From positions 34,527 to 98,526 of the forward strand of contig CAWHTN010000008.1 of NCBI GenBank assembly GCA_963832265.1: 64,000 nucleotides of DNA. The letters run 5' to 3'. Made by a program: the position numbers and the translations under genes. This stretch comes from an uncultured Acidobacteriota bacterium. GTDB lineage: Bacteria > Acidobacteriota > Terriglobia > Acidiferrales > UBA7541. The notes under the pieces were generated by a model. It was not told the DNA's origin, made no database searches, and saw only the letters and a list, made by a program, of their open reading frames with translations. Shown here one piece after another: positions 36,773 through 44,358 of this stretch; the first letter of the stretch is position 1; every line of letters starts with the position of its first letter.

Positions 36773-37468
36773 GTGGCTCCCAAGCTCAATCGCCGGCGTG
36801 CCGTGTTTGTGCTCTCGAAGATCGAAGAGATCTTGTCTTGGGAGAAGGCAAAAGAGCGCGAACGGGATTCAAAGTTTGTTGAGCTGGGCCGCTATCTGTG
36901 CGAGGTTCGGGCAGGTCAGTACTGGAGGGTGGACAATGTCCGTTCGTTCGATGAGTTCCTGGAGAGGAAGTTCCCGGAGTCCAGGCGCAAGGCCTACTAC
37001 CTGATGGCCATCCACGAGCAGCTGCCTCGCATTCACAAGGTGGAACTGCAGCAGGTGGGCTGGACGAAGGCGACAGAACTAGCGAAGGTGGCGCGGAGGG
37101 ATGGTCAGAGGTTCGATTGTGCAACCTGGTTGCACAAAGCTCGCGAACTACCCAAGGAGGAATTCAAGCGAGAGGTCTCGAAGCACCTGACCGGGAAGGA
37201 AACGGAGCCGTGGGAGATTCTCTATTTCAAGGCCTACAAGAGCCAGTTGCCTGTCATCGAACAGGCTCTTGAAACAGCGGCACTGATGCTGGGGAGCGAC
37301 AAGTCGAGAGGCTACTGCCTGGAGATGATCTGCGCGGATTTTCTGGCGGGAGTGAGTTTGGAGGCTGGCAACCAAGATGCGTTATTACCTTGCCTCACTC
37401 GGCTGGTCATTGGTCTTCCGAAGCCGCAGAGGAAACAACTCCTAGAAGAAGTGCAGGTCACGTTTTGA
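36773..37468 (+). CDS. Putative DNA-binding protein (DUF3102-like pattern)
   Basis: GTG start after AAGGAAGG. FVELGRYLCEVRAGQYWRVDNVRSFDEFLERKFPESRRKAYYLMAIHE resembles plasmid/phage HTH proteins. Function unknown. Confidence 0.45.
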   Translation: MAPKLNRRRAVFVLSKIEEILSWEKAKERERDSKFVELGRYLCEVRAGQYWRVDNVRSFDEFLERKFPESRRKAYYLMAIHEQLPRIHKVELQQVGWTKATELAKVARRDGQRFDCATWLHKARELPKEEFKREVSKHLTGKETEPWEILYFKAYKSQLPVIEQALETAALMLGSDKSRGYCLEMICADFLAGVSLEAGNQDALLPCLTRLVIGLPKPQRKQLLEEVQVTF

Positions 37469-37725
37469 AGGGAATCTTCGCCAAGCGGCCACGATTGAGG
37501 CTTGATCCGGAAGCGTATCGCCAGCTCTGCCGCGAAGTTTTGGAGCGAGACGGGTGGCGATGTCAATCGTGCGGGTGCATGGAAGATCTTCAAGTCCATC
37601 ACATTCAGTGGCGGAGCAAACTAGGGGATGATTCCGCGAAGAATCTCATAGCTCTCTGTGCCAGATGCCACCGAGAGGTTCATCAACAAGGGCAACGAAT
37701 TGAAAAGACCTTTGTGAGGCGCTGA
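37465..37725 (+). CDS. HNH endonuclease
   Basis: CQSCG...LQVHHIQWRSKLGDDSAKNLIALCARCHREVH (CxxC, HH, N, CxxC-H). TTG 37465 overlaps the upstream stop (TTGA); ATG 37390 is the alternative start. Confidence 0.8.
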   Translation: MKGIFAKRPRLRLDPEAYRQLCREVLERDGWRCQSCGCMEDLQVHHIQWRSKLGDDSAKNLIALCARCHREVHQQGQRIEKTFVRR

Positions 37726-38010
37726 TGCGGTGAAATCAAATGGAAATCTCAAAAAAGTCGAGTGCGCTCTCGAAGATACGAGTCTCGCAGTAGGATGTTG
37801 TGCTATCAAAGCAATCGGGCAGCAACTGCTGATTCTCAGGCAGAAGAGGAATCAAATTGAGCCTGCGCTTTCTTGTGGCGTCGTTTGCCATAAACCCTTT
37901 CATTTGAGCGGAGCAATTGATCTGGCCGGACCTCAGGAGGTATTAACACAGAAATACTGCTGAGATGTTAAGATTCGGCATCTATGGTCTTTCTAGCCTA
38001 CTTGGATTAA

Positions 38011-38199
38011 ATGAAACGAGATACTATATCTAAACTTTCCTGCCCACGATGTTTATCTACAGAAATTTCTAGATCCAGTCGCAGAGGCATTCTCGAGCGC
38101 ATCCTTCTGTACCCTCTGGGTTTTCGGGCTTATCGATGCCGGAATTGCCTTACCCGTTTCTATTCTAGAACCAAACAGCACATCGCGCCGACATATTGA
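38011..38199 (+). CDS. Small zinc-ribbon protein
   Basis: 62 aa with CPRC ... CRNC pairs. AT-rich context. Confidence 0.4.
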   Translation: MKRDTISKLSCPRCLSTEISRSSRRGILERILLYPLGFRAYRCRNCLTRFYSRTKQHIAPTY

Positions 38200-38219
38200 T
38201 AAGCCTGCCACCCAGCCTG

Positions 38220-38441
38220 CTACGGCTTGTCAGGATAAGTTTGGCGGATACGCACCAACGAGATTTCATCGATCTTCAATTCCGAGTCAGCGATTACAAA
38301 ACTTTGATGACAAACCGGGCATTCCAGATACCATCTGCGCGACAGTTCCAGAAACATTTTCCTGCCGTCTGGCTCGTACCCAGGAATCACGAGCCCCATG
38401 CAATTCGGAACTGGGCAGATGGCGTAGTGGCAAACAGGCAT
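38220..38441 (-). CDS. Small Cys-rich (zinc-ribbon-like) protein
   Basis: From Met-23 of ORF 38220..38507: MPVCHYAICPVPNC ... CPVCH. Convergent with the previous small gene. Confidence 0.35.
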   Translation of the reverse strand: MPVCHYAICPVPNCMGLVIPGYEPDGRKMFLELSRRWYLECPVCHQSFVIADSELKIDEISLVRIRQTYPDKP

Positions 38442-38880
38442 GATTAATTGTATAGCTCGATTGCTACACTGGGACTCACATTTAGTGCGCCGGTGTTGAG
38501 GGTACAACCACCCGATGTAGTTGCTTTCTCACTAGGCGAGCAATTTGACCAAGAGGCGAACGATCGCGCCGGACGCTTGGTCCCCCTAGACCCAACATCG
38601 GCTCGGTCAGTCCGCCCCTCGGGCTCTAAACTTCCTCTTGAATGTACCCCCTTACCATCTTGGCATCAAGCAATCTGTGTATTTTTAGATGGGTTATTGT
38701 TCAAGACTGATCCGCTCGGGAGGTTTATTTATTGCGGAACATGACGTACATGTTTTACAAGGAACAAATACCGCTGCAACTGGATTGGTTGATCGGTCAG
38801 GACAACCATAGTCATCCAAGATGTTGAGTTTGGAGATGCCAAAGCGCTGTATTACTTTTTGTGGAACAGTTTTATTCCTG

Positions 38881-39390
38881 CTATTTCACTGGGACCAATG
38901 CGGCGCCTGCAGGTCTCCACTTGCCGTCCAGCTTCACGAACATCCGTAGAACCGTCGCCTCGTCCGTAACCACAATCTTGCCGCTCGCGTCAGCGGCCTT
39001 AAAAACCGTGTGATCCGTGGCGAGGGCAACGTTTCCGTAGACGGCCATCAATTTGAAATCCTGCGGGTTAGGTCCCGCGTCTCCTGGGGAAACTGGGTGA
39101 GCAGTGGCGGTCGCCGTCTGTCTCTTGACCATTTCTTGCTTGTCCGTAACTTCTCCCTGGCGGCTGATCTCGAAGAAAGTATCGGGCCAAATCTTATTCT
39201 TGAAGTCAACACAATCCTGAGCGTGGTTCTTGTGATATTTATGGGCGCAGACCCACTGGTCGTTTATGTCCGCCAGCTGCTTTTCCAGGTCTGTCCAGCC
39301 CTTGTCGCCTTTCTTCATGGAATCTTGAGCGACAGCCATGGAGGAAACGGCCACCAGCGCTAAAACGAGCGGAACGCGAATCCACTTCAT
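38881..39390 (-). CDS. Secreted NTF2-like (DUF4440/SnoaL-like) protein, paralog 1
   Basis: Signal peptide ending AVAQ. The C-terminal FKLMAVYGNVALATDHT...LRMFVKLDGKWR is shared with the gene at 40777. Confidence 0.6.
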   Translation of the reverse strand: MKWIRVPLVLALVAVSSMAVAQDSMKKGDKGWTDLEKQLADINDQWVCAHKYHKNHAQDCVDFKNKIWPDTFFEISRQGEVTDKQEMVKRQTATATAHPVSPGDAGPNPQDFKLMAVYGNVALATDHTVFKAADASGKIVVTDEATVLRMFVKLDGKWRPAGAALVPVK

Positions 39391-39455
39391 TGCGAGTCTC
39401 CTCCCTAGATGGACCGATACTAAAAGCAGTTCAAACTTAAGCGAATTCTACTTTT

Positions 39456-40700
39456 TCAACTCTTTGGCCACAGGACGCCCTGATCTTCCTTCGTGACCGG
39501 CCCAAGGCCTTTGTAAACGAACTTCTGCACGCGTTGTCCGCGATAGGTCTCCGTCACGTAGATGTTGCCTTTGGAATCCGTAGCGATGCTGTGCGGGCCG
39601 TAGAATTCGCCCGGTTGCCGCCCACCCTCTCCGAACGTGGTTAGAACTTCGAGGGTGTCGCGCAAGAGGATGTGGACGCGGTCGTTCTCCCCATCCGCCA
39701 GGTAGATGTACTTCTGTTGCGGGTCCTTGGAGAACGCAATGTCCCACGCCGAACCCGACCCCAGGGTGCGCTTCGCGATGAATCCTTCCTTTATGAAGGT
39801 TCCGTCCGGCTTGAAGACCTGAATCCGATCGTTTACACGGTCACAGACATACACCAAGCGATCGACGGACATATCCGCGCAATGCACGGGGTTGCGGAAT
39901 TGCTGGGCCGGCGGCGCGTCCGGGTCGTATTTTCCGAGGTCGGTATCGTCCGGCTTGTGCCCGTAGGCGCCCCAGTGGCGCTTGTACTGGCCCGTATCCG
40001 CGTCATACACGATCACGCGATGGTTGCCGTAACCGTCGGCGACGTAGACCTCGTTGGTCTGTTTGTCGATAAAGGTCTTCGCCGGCAGCCTCAGGTTCTC
40101 AACGTCGTTGCTGCCCTTGCTGTGGGCAGGCTTGCCGATCTGCATCAGGAACTGGCCGTCCTGCGTAAATTTCAAAACCTGATTGTCGAGGTAGGAATTA
40201 GTTGCGGACGCAGCAGATTCATCAGGCGCGCCGCCCGCCGCGGGGCGGGCAGCGGGCCCCCGACCGTTGCCGCCGATCCAGACGTTGCCCTTGTAATCGA
40301 TCGTAATCCCATGGTTCGAATCGGGCCAATCGTAGCCGTTTCCTTTTCCGCCCCAGTGGCGGAGCAGGTTGCCGTCCTGATCAAACTCCAAGACAGGCGG
40401 CGCCGGAGCGCAACACATGGCGACAGGCGGATTCGACGTGGCGTGGAGCTCGCCGGGTTCAAGCGAGCCCTGGCGATGAATGATCCAGACGTTGTCCTGC
40501 GCATCGACGGAAACGCCGATGGTCATTCCCATGAGCCAATGGTTCGGCAATGGCTTTGGCCATAATGGGTCGACTTCAAACATCGGCGCCTGTACCGTTG
40601 CGGCTTCGACCGCTGCCCGCTTCTGAAGCACGGTGATTCCCACTCCGAGTGCGATCAAGAGCGCCAGAAATGTTGCCCCGACATAAATATTTCGCTTCAT
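39456..40700 (-). CDS. NHL-repeat six-bladed beta-propeller protein (peptidyl-alpha-hydroxyglycine lyase-like)
   Basis: N-terminal TM/signal. Repeated blades of the type D-x-NVWI / GNIYVTE / VYVADGYGNHRV. Confidence 0.6.
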   Translation of the reverse strand: MKRNIYVGATFLALLIALGVGITVLQKRAAVEAATVQAPMFEVDPLWPKPLPNHWLMGMTIGVSVDAQDNVWIIHRQGSLEPGELHATSNPPVAMCCAPAPPVLEFDQDGNLLRHWGGKGNGYDWPDSNHGITIDYKGNVWIGGNGRGPAARPAAGGAPDESAASATNSYLDNQVLKFTQDGQFLMQIGKPAHSKGSNDVENLRLPAKTFIDKQTNEVYVADGYGNHRVIVYDADTGQYKRHWGAYGHKPDDTDLGKYDPDAPPAQQFRNPVHCADMSVDRLVYVCDRVNDRIQVFKPDGTFIKEGFIAKRTLGSGSAWDIAFSKDPQQKYIYLADGENDRVHILLRDTLEVLTTFGEGGRQPGEFYGPHSIATDSKGNIYVTETYRGQRVQKFVYKGLGPVTKEDQGVLWPKS

Positions 40701-40776
40701 ACGTTTCCCCCTCAATTCTGACGGAAGACCTGCAACTTCTTGCAGAAGCTAGAGCGCGCCAAGCCCGCTGGTTACA

Positions 40777-41265
40777 CTATTGGGAGACGATCGGCACCAA
40801 TACTGCCCCAGCCACTCTCCATTTGCCCTTCTCCTTTACAAACATGCGGAGCACTCCCATTTCCCGAACGACGACGATTTTGCCGTTCGCATCTACTCCC
40901 TTAATCATCGTGTGATCAGTTGCCAATGCAACATTTCCGTAAACGGCCATCAATTTGAAGTGATCCGGGAAGGCGCCGGTACCTGGCTGGCGATCGGTCT
41001 TGGCCATCAGGTCCATCATTTCCTGCTTATTCACCACGCGCCCACCGGGCAGCACGTCGAAGAAGTCATCTGTCCACAGTTCTCCCATGCTATCGGGGCC
41101 GGTCATTTTCTTATCAAATTCGGCCTTCATCCATTTCAGCTCGAGCGCAAAGAGTCCTTTTTCCAACGCAGCATTGCCTGCGCTTGTTTGGCTCTTCTCC
41201 TGAGCTAAAAGAGGCAGCGGCATACAGGTGGCAACACACAAAACCAATACCCAAACATCTCTCAT
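40777..41265 (-). CDS. Secreted NTF2-like (DUF4440/SnoaL-like) protein, paralog 2
   Basis: Likely start MRDVWVLVLCVATCMPLPLLAQE. Shares FKLMAVYGNVALATDHT and LRMFVKEKGKWR with 38881..39390. Confidence 0.6.
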   Translation of the reverse strand: MRDVWVLVLCVATCMPLPLLAQEKSQTSAGNAALEKGLFALELKWMKAEFDKKMTGPDSMGELWTDDFFDVLPGGRVVNKQEMMDLMAKTDRQPGTGAFPDHFKLMAVYGNVALATDHTMIKGVDANGKIVVVREMGVLRMFVKEKGKWRVAGAVLVPIVSQ

Positions 41266-41339
41266 GCCGCTGGTTCTCCTTGTCGAACTCGATTCCGTTT
41301 CTGTTACCGGACACATGCCGCGAATCCGATTGCGCGCCA

Positions 41340-42902
41340 TCATTGATCCGCCAGATAAAAGTATCCGACCCTGTCGTTTGAGGGGCTACCGTACCACAAG
41401 CGTCCCTGGTCATCCGGGAAGAATTCGCGGAGCGTATTTTCCGAATGCGGGTAAGGGTATTCGATCACTTTTCCGGTTTTTGGGTCGAGGCATCCCAGCT
41501 CATCCATGTAATACGACGCGTACCAAATCTTGCCGTCCCTGTCGATGCCAAGGGCATACGGGCTTGGCCGCGCGCTGGGCAACTGGTATTCCTTAAACGT
41601 TTCGGTCTTGGGATCGAAGTGGGCGACTTTCCCTGAAAAATACTCCCCAAACCATACGCTGCCGTCGGAGGCAACTTGAATTCGTCGCGGCTCGCCCTTG
41701 GTCGGCGGTGCCCAGCTTTTTTGCTCTCCCTTACTATTCACCCTGTAAAGTTTCCCATCATCGCGGAGCCCACCGGCCCAGACGTTATCGTCCTTATCGA
41801 TCGTTATCCCATAAAAAGAGCCGTCGTCCGCATAGAACGCGGTGAATTTATTTGTTTCGGGGTCAAATCGATTGAGAGGATTTCCCGTGCTCCATATCAT
41901 TCCTTTTGAATCGACGCGAATCGTCTGCGTGGTTCCCACCGAGGGAGACTCGTATTCAGAAACCTGTTTCGTCCGGGGATCCAGCCTCCCAATTTTATTT
42001 TTGAATTGCTCGGAAAACCACACCGTGCCATCCGGCGCAGGAACCGCCGAATGAATTCGGAGAACATCGGGACTGGATACGGGGAAGTCGTCCAGCTTGC
42101 CCGTCTTTGGGTCCAGTCTCGCTATTTTGTTCACGGGTCCGTTATAGGGTATCCAAACGTTTCCTTTTTTGTCGGGAACCGCACTCCAAGGAAACTTCCC
42201 TCCCACTTCGTACTCGACGTAGACGATATTCATGGCGTCATCGCCGAACGACTGCACCACCTTGTCGTACCCGGGCACATCCGACGGCGATTTCGGGAGG
42301 ATCGAGTCCTCTCCAAATACTCGATTCAGATACGACGCTATATCCGCGGCTTCCTGATCATTGATTCTCACCCGCATGGTGGTCCGCATGTATTCGACCC
42401 GATCTCGCCAGCCGGCTTCGTCGCGAACCGTGGAAGCGATCCGAGTCTGAATCCCGTGGCAGGCAGCGCAGGTAGCCGTTGGCTGTCCGGGTTGCGGCGT
42501 AAACAGAGCTCCCTTGCCTTTTCCCGCAGGCAACAACTGATCGGCTTGATAGAGCGATAGGTCGGTCCAATGCACATTCCCCTTCTGGAGGACAAATTCG
42601 AACGAGACGGATTGATCGGGCGTCAGGTTGACGCCAGTACGTGGCTGGGCCTGGTAGCCCACGGCGCGGATTCGCAGTTCATACTCACCGGCAGGCAGGT
42701 TCGGTATCCGGTACTGCCCTCCTCTGCGGGACAAGACGCTGACCGTAATCTTGGTATTTGTGTTTCTCGCTTGGACAAACGCTCCCTCGAACGCCACGCC
42801 ATCGGGGCCCTTGACCGTACCCGTCACGTCTGCCCCATAAGCGAGCGTTGCCATGCAGAGAACCACAATCATGGACGCGCCTAGTCTTCCGAGTCGCTGC
42901 AT
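41340..42902 (-). CDS. Secreted carboxypeptidase-regulatory-like domain + heme-c motif + Vgb (streptogramin lyase)-like beta-propeller
   Basis: Signal from MQRLGRLG. The GTVKGPDG...YRIPNLPAGEYELR beta-sandwich. CAACH (CxxCH). Seven repeats of the type G-x-(V/I)W...N-x-IGRLDP-x-T. Confidence 0.65.
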   Translation of the reverse strand: MQRLGRLGASMIVVLCMATLAYGADVTGTVKGPDGVAFEGAFVQARNTNTKITVSVLSRRGGQYRIPNLPAGEYELRIRAVGYQAQPRTGVNLTPDQSVSFEFVLQKGNVHWTDLSLYQADQLLPAGKGKGALFTPQPGQPTATCAACHGIQTRIASTVRDEAGWRDRVEYMRTTMRVRINDQEAADIASYLNRVFGEDSILPKSPSDVPGYDKVVQSFGDDAMNIVYVEYEVGGKFPWSAVPDKKGNVWIPYNGPVNKIARLDPKTGKLDDFPVSSPDVLRIHSAVPAPDGTVWFSEQFKNKIGRLDPRTKQVSEYESPSVGTTQTIRVDSKGMIWSTGNPLNRFDPETNKFTAFYADDGSFYGITIDKDDNVWAGGLRDDGKLYRVNSKGEQKSWAPPTKGEPRRIQVASDGSVWFGEYFSGKVAHFDPKTETFKEYQLPSARPSPYALGIDRDGKIWYASYYMDELGCLDPKTGKVIEYPYPHSENTLREFFPDDQGRLWYGSPSNDRVGYFYLADQ

Positions 42903-43124
42903 TGTCGATGCCCTCCCTTCCGGTCTCCTGGAAATTCCCAGGACCGCCATCAAGCGAGAACAGCCAGTTTCGATCACAAAAAGTTGAGTGGGGGGAGTCC
43001 TCTCCAGTGCACCATTTTTCTCAGATTGGCGGAGTCTATCAGCGCATCCAGCCGGGCGCAAGACTGTGCCGTGCGCCTTGCGGCTCCGGAAGAATTCTTG
43101 ATGCTTTGAGCTAGAGGTTGGTTT

Positions 43125-44342
43125 CTATTTTACGTTTTCTTGTATGGGCGAAGAGCTTCTTTTGCCACTCCGCCGATCCAGCGCGGTTGCAAAAATAGCG
43201 CGCATCTCGACACCGTTGCGGTCCCACGTATATTCGTCGGCGGTCACTGCGGCTTTCGCAGCGATGCGCTCTCTCTGTTCGGGATGCTCATAGAGCCATC
43301 GGATGCGTTCGGCGAGGCCTGCCACGTCGTTTGGGTCCTGCAAAATCAATCCATCCACGCCATCGGTCATAATTTCGGCTGTTCCGTTGGTCGCGGTGGT
43401 GATCACGGGCAAGCCGCAGGCCATGGCTTCGGCGGGAGGCTGCGCAAACGTGTCTTCGAGTGATGGGCCAACGTACACGTCCGCGGCGCTGTAATACCAC
43501 TGAACGTCCGCGCGAGACGGGCAGAACTTCACTTTTCCTTCGAGTCCGAGCTCTCGAATCCTCGCTTGGTATGGTGCCGAATCGTCCTTGCCCGCAACGA
43601 CGAGGACCAGCGACAAATCCTTCTGTTGCGCGAGCGCTTCGATCAAGGCGACCAGGCCTTTCTTTTTCCAATCGTTGCCAACGAGCACAAGAGCAAAAGT
43701 ATCTTCTCCGATGCCGAGTTCCCTGCGAACCTCGGGCCGGTTGCGAAGCCTTAGAGCACGGTTGAAAATCTTGTGATCGAGGCCGATATAAACGATCGGC
43801 AATGGTCCTTCGACGCCGTAATGACGCTTCAAATCGTCCGCTGTTTTTTTCGCGATCAGAATCAAACCGGTCTTCGAATTCGTATACATGCGGCGTTCGA
43901 GAAAAATAATCAGCCGATAGTAAAGCCACCGGTGAATGAGCCGGGGCCAGAAACGAAAGGGACTGTTCCGGAACCGCAATTCATGCGCCGACATGCGGAC
44001 AAATTCGGCGAACACGATGTGAATGGAAATCAGATCCGCGTCCCAGCAATTCGTTCCCGCCGTGTAAACCAGGTCGGGCCAAAGCCCGCGCACGCGCGCA
44101 TCCCACCAGCGCCACAAGTGATTGGCGGCGAGCCACCAAAGAAAATTCAAAAGGTGAGGCCCGGGGATCCGGGGAATCCGGTGCCATCGCATGCGGGAGA
44201 GGTCCACGTCTTCGACGCGCTGGCTATAGATATGAATTTCGTATTCCTGGGGCAGCCGCGTGATCCATTCGGCGATGCGCCGCTCGGTTCCGTGGCGTTT
44301 ATCGATGAAGGGAGAAACTATCGCAATCCGGACGGGTGGCAT
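43125..44342 (-). CDS. Glycosyltransferase family 4
   Basis: Start MPPVRIAIVSPF. PSLEDTFAQPPAEAMACGLPVI motif. Confidence 0.8.
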   Translation of the reverse strand: MPPVRIAIVSPFIDKRHGTERRIAEWITRLPQEYEIHIYSQRVEDVDLSRMRWHRIPRIPGPHLLNFLWWLAANHLWRWWDARVRGLWPDLVYTAGTNCWDADLISIHIVFAEFVRMSAHELRFRNSPFRFWPRLIHRWLYYRLIIFLERRMYTNSKTGLILIAKKTADDLKRHYGVEGPLPIVYIGLDHKIFNRALRLRNRPEVRRELGIGEDTFALVLVGNDWKKKGLVALIEALAQQKDLSLVLVVAGKDDSAPYQARIRELGLEGKVKFCPSRADVQWYYSAADVYVGPSLEDTFAQPPAEAMACGLPVITTATNGTAEIMTDGVDGLILQDPNDVAGLAERIRWLYEHPEQRERIAAKAAVTADEYTWDRNGVEMRAIFATALDRRSGKRSSSPIQENVK

Positions 44343-44358
44343 TCGTTGGCAGCGCTCC

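Larger units (their letters stand above)
32300..38870. mobile_element. Phage-derived genomic island / prophage remnant (no integrase, terminase large subunit or structural genes recognised)
   Basis: Lies between the converging ends of the epimerase gene and the NTF2-like gene. Phage-type genes present: Arc-like repressor, Rad52-like annealase, Cas4-like nuclease, HNH. Spot G+C is ~47% at 33.3 kb and visibly AT-richer at 37.7-38.9 kb, versus ~62% at 35.1/36.0 kb. Confidence 0.55.

Noticed and set aside
38448-38744. 98-aa plus-strand ORF at the right end of the island
   Set aside because: It has a Pro/Ser/Leu-rich composition without motifs and overlaps the upstream region and start of the minus-strand Cys-rich gene. 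It is judged non-coding or too uncertain.
32269-38880. Integrase/excisionase or attL/attR repeats delimiting the island
   Set aside because: No ORF on either strand shows tyrosine- or serine-recombinase motifs, and I found no direct repeats at the borders by eye. The absence of repeats is not proven; a dot-plot or exact-match search is needed.
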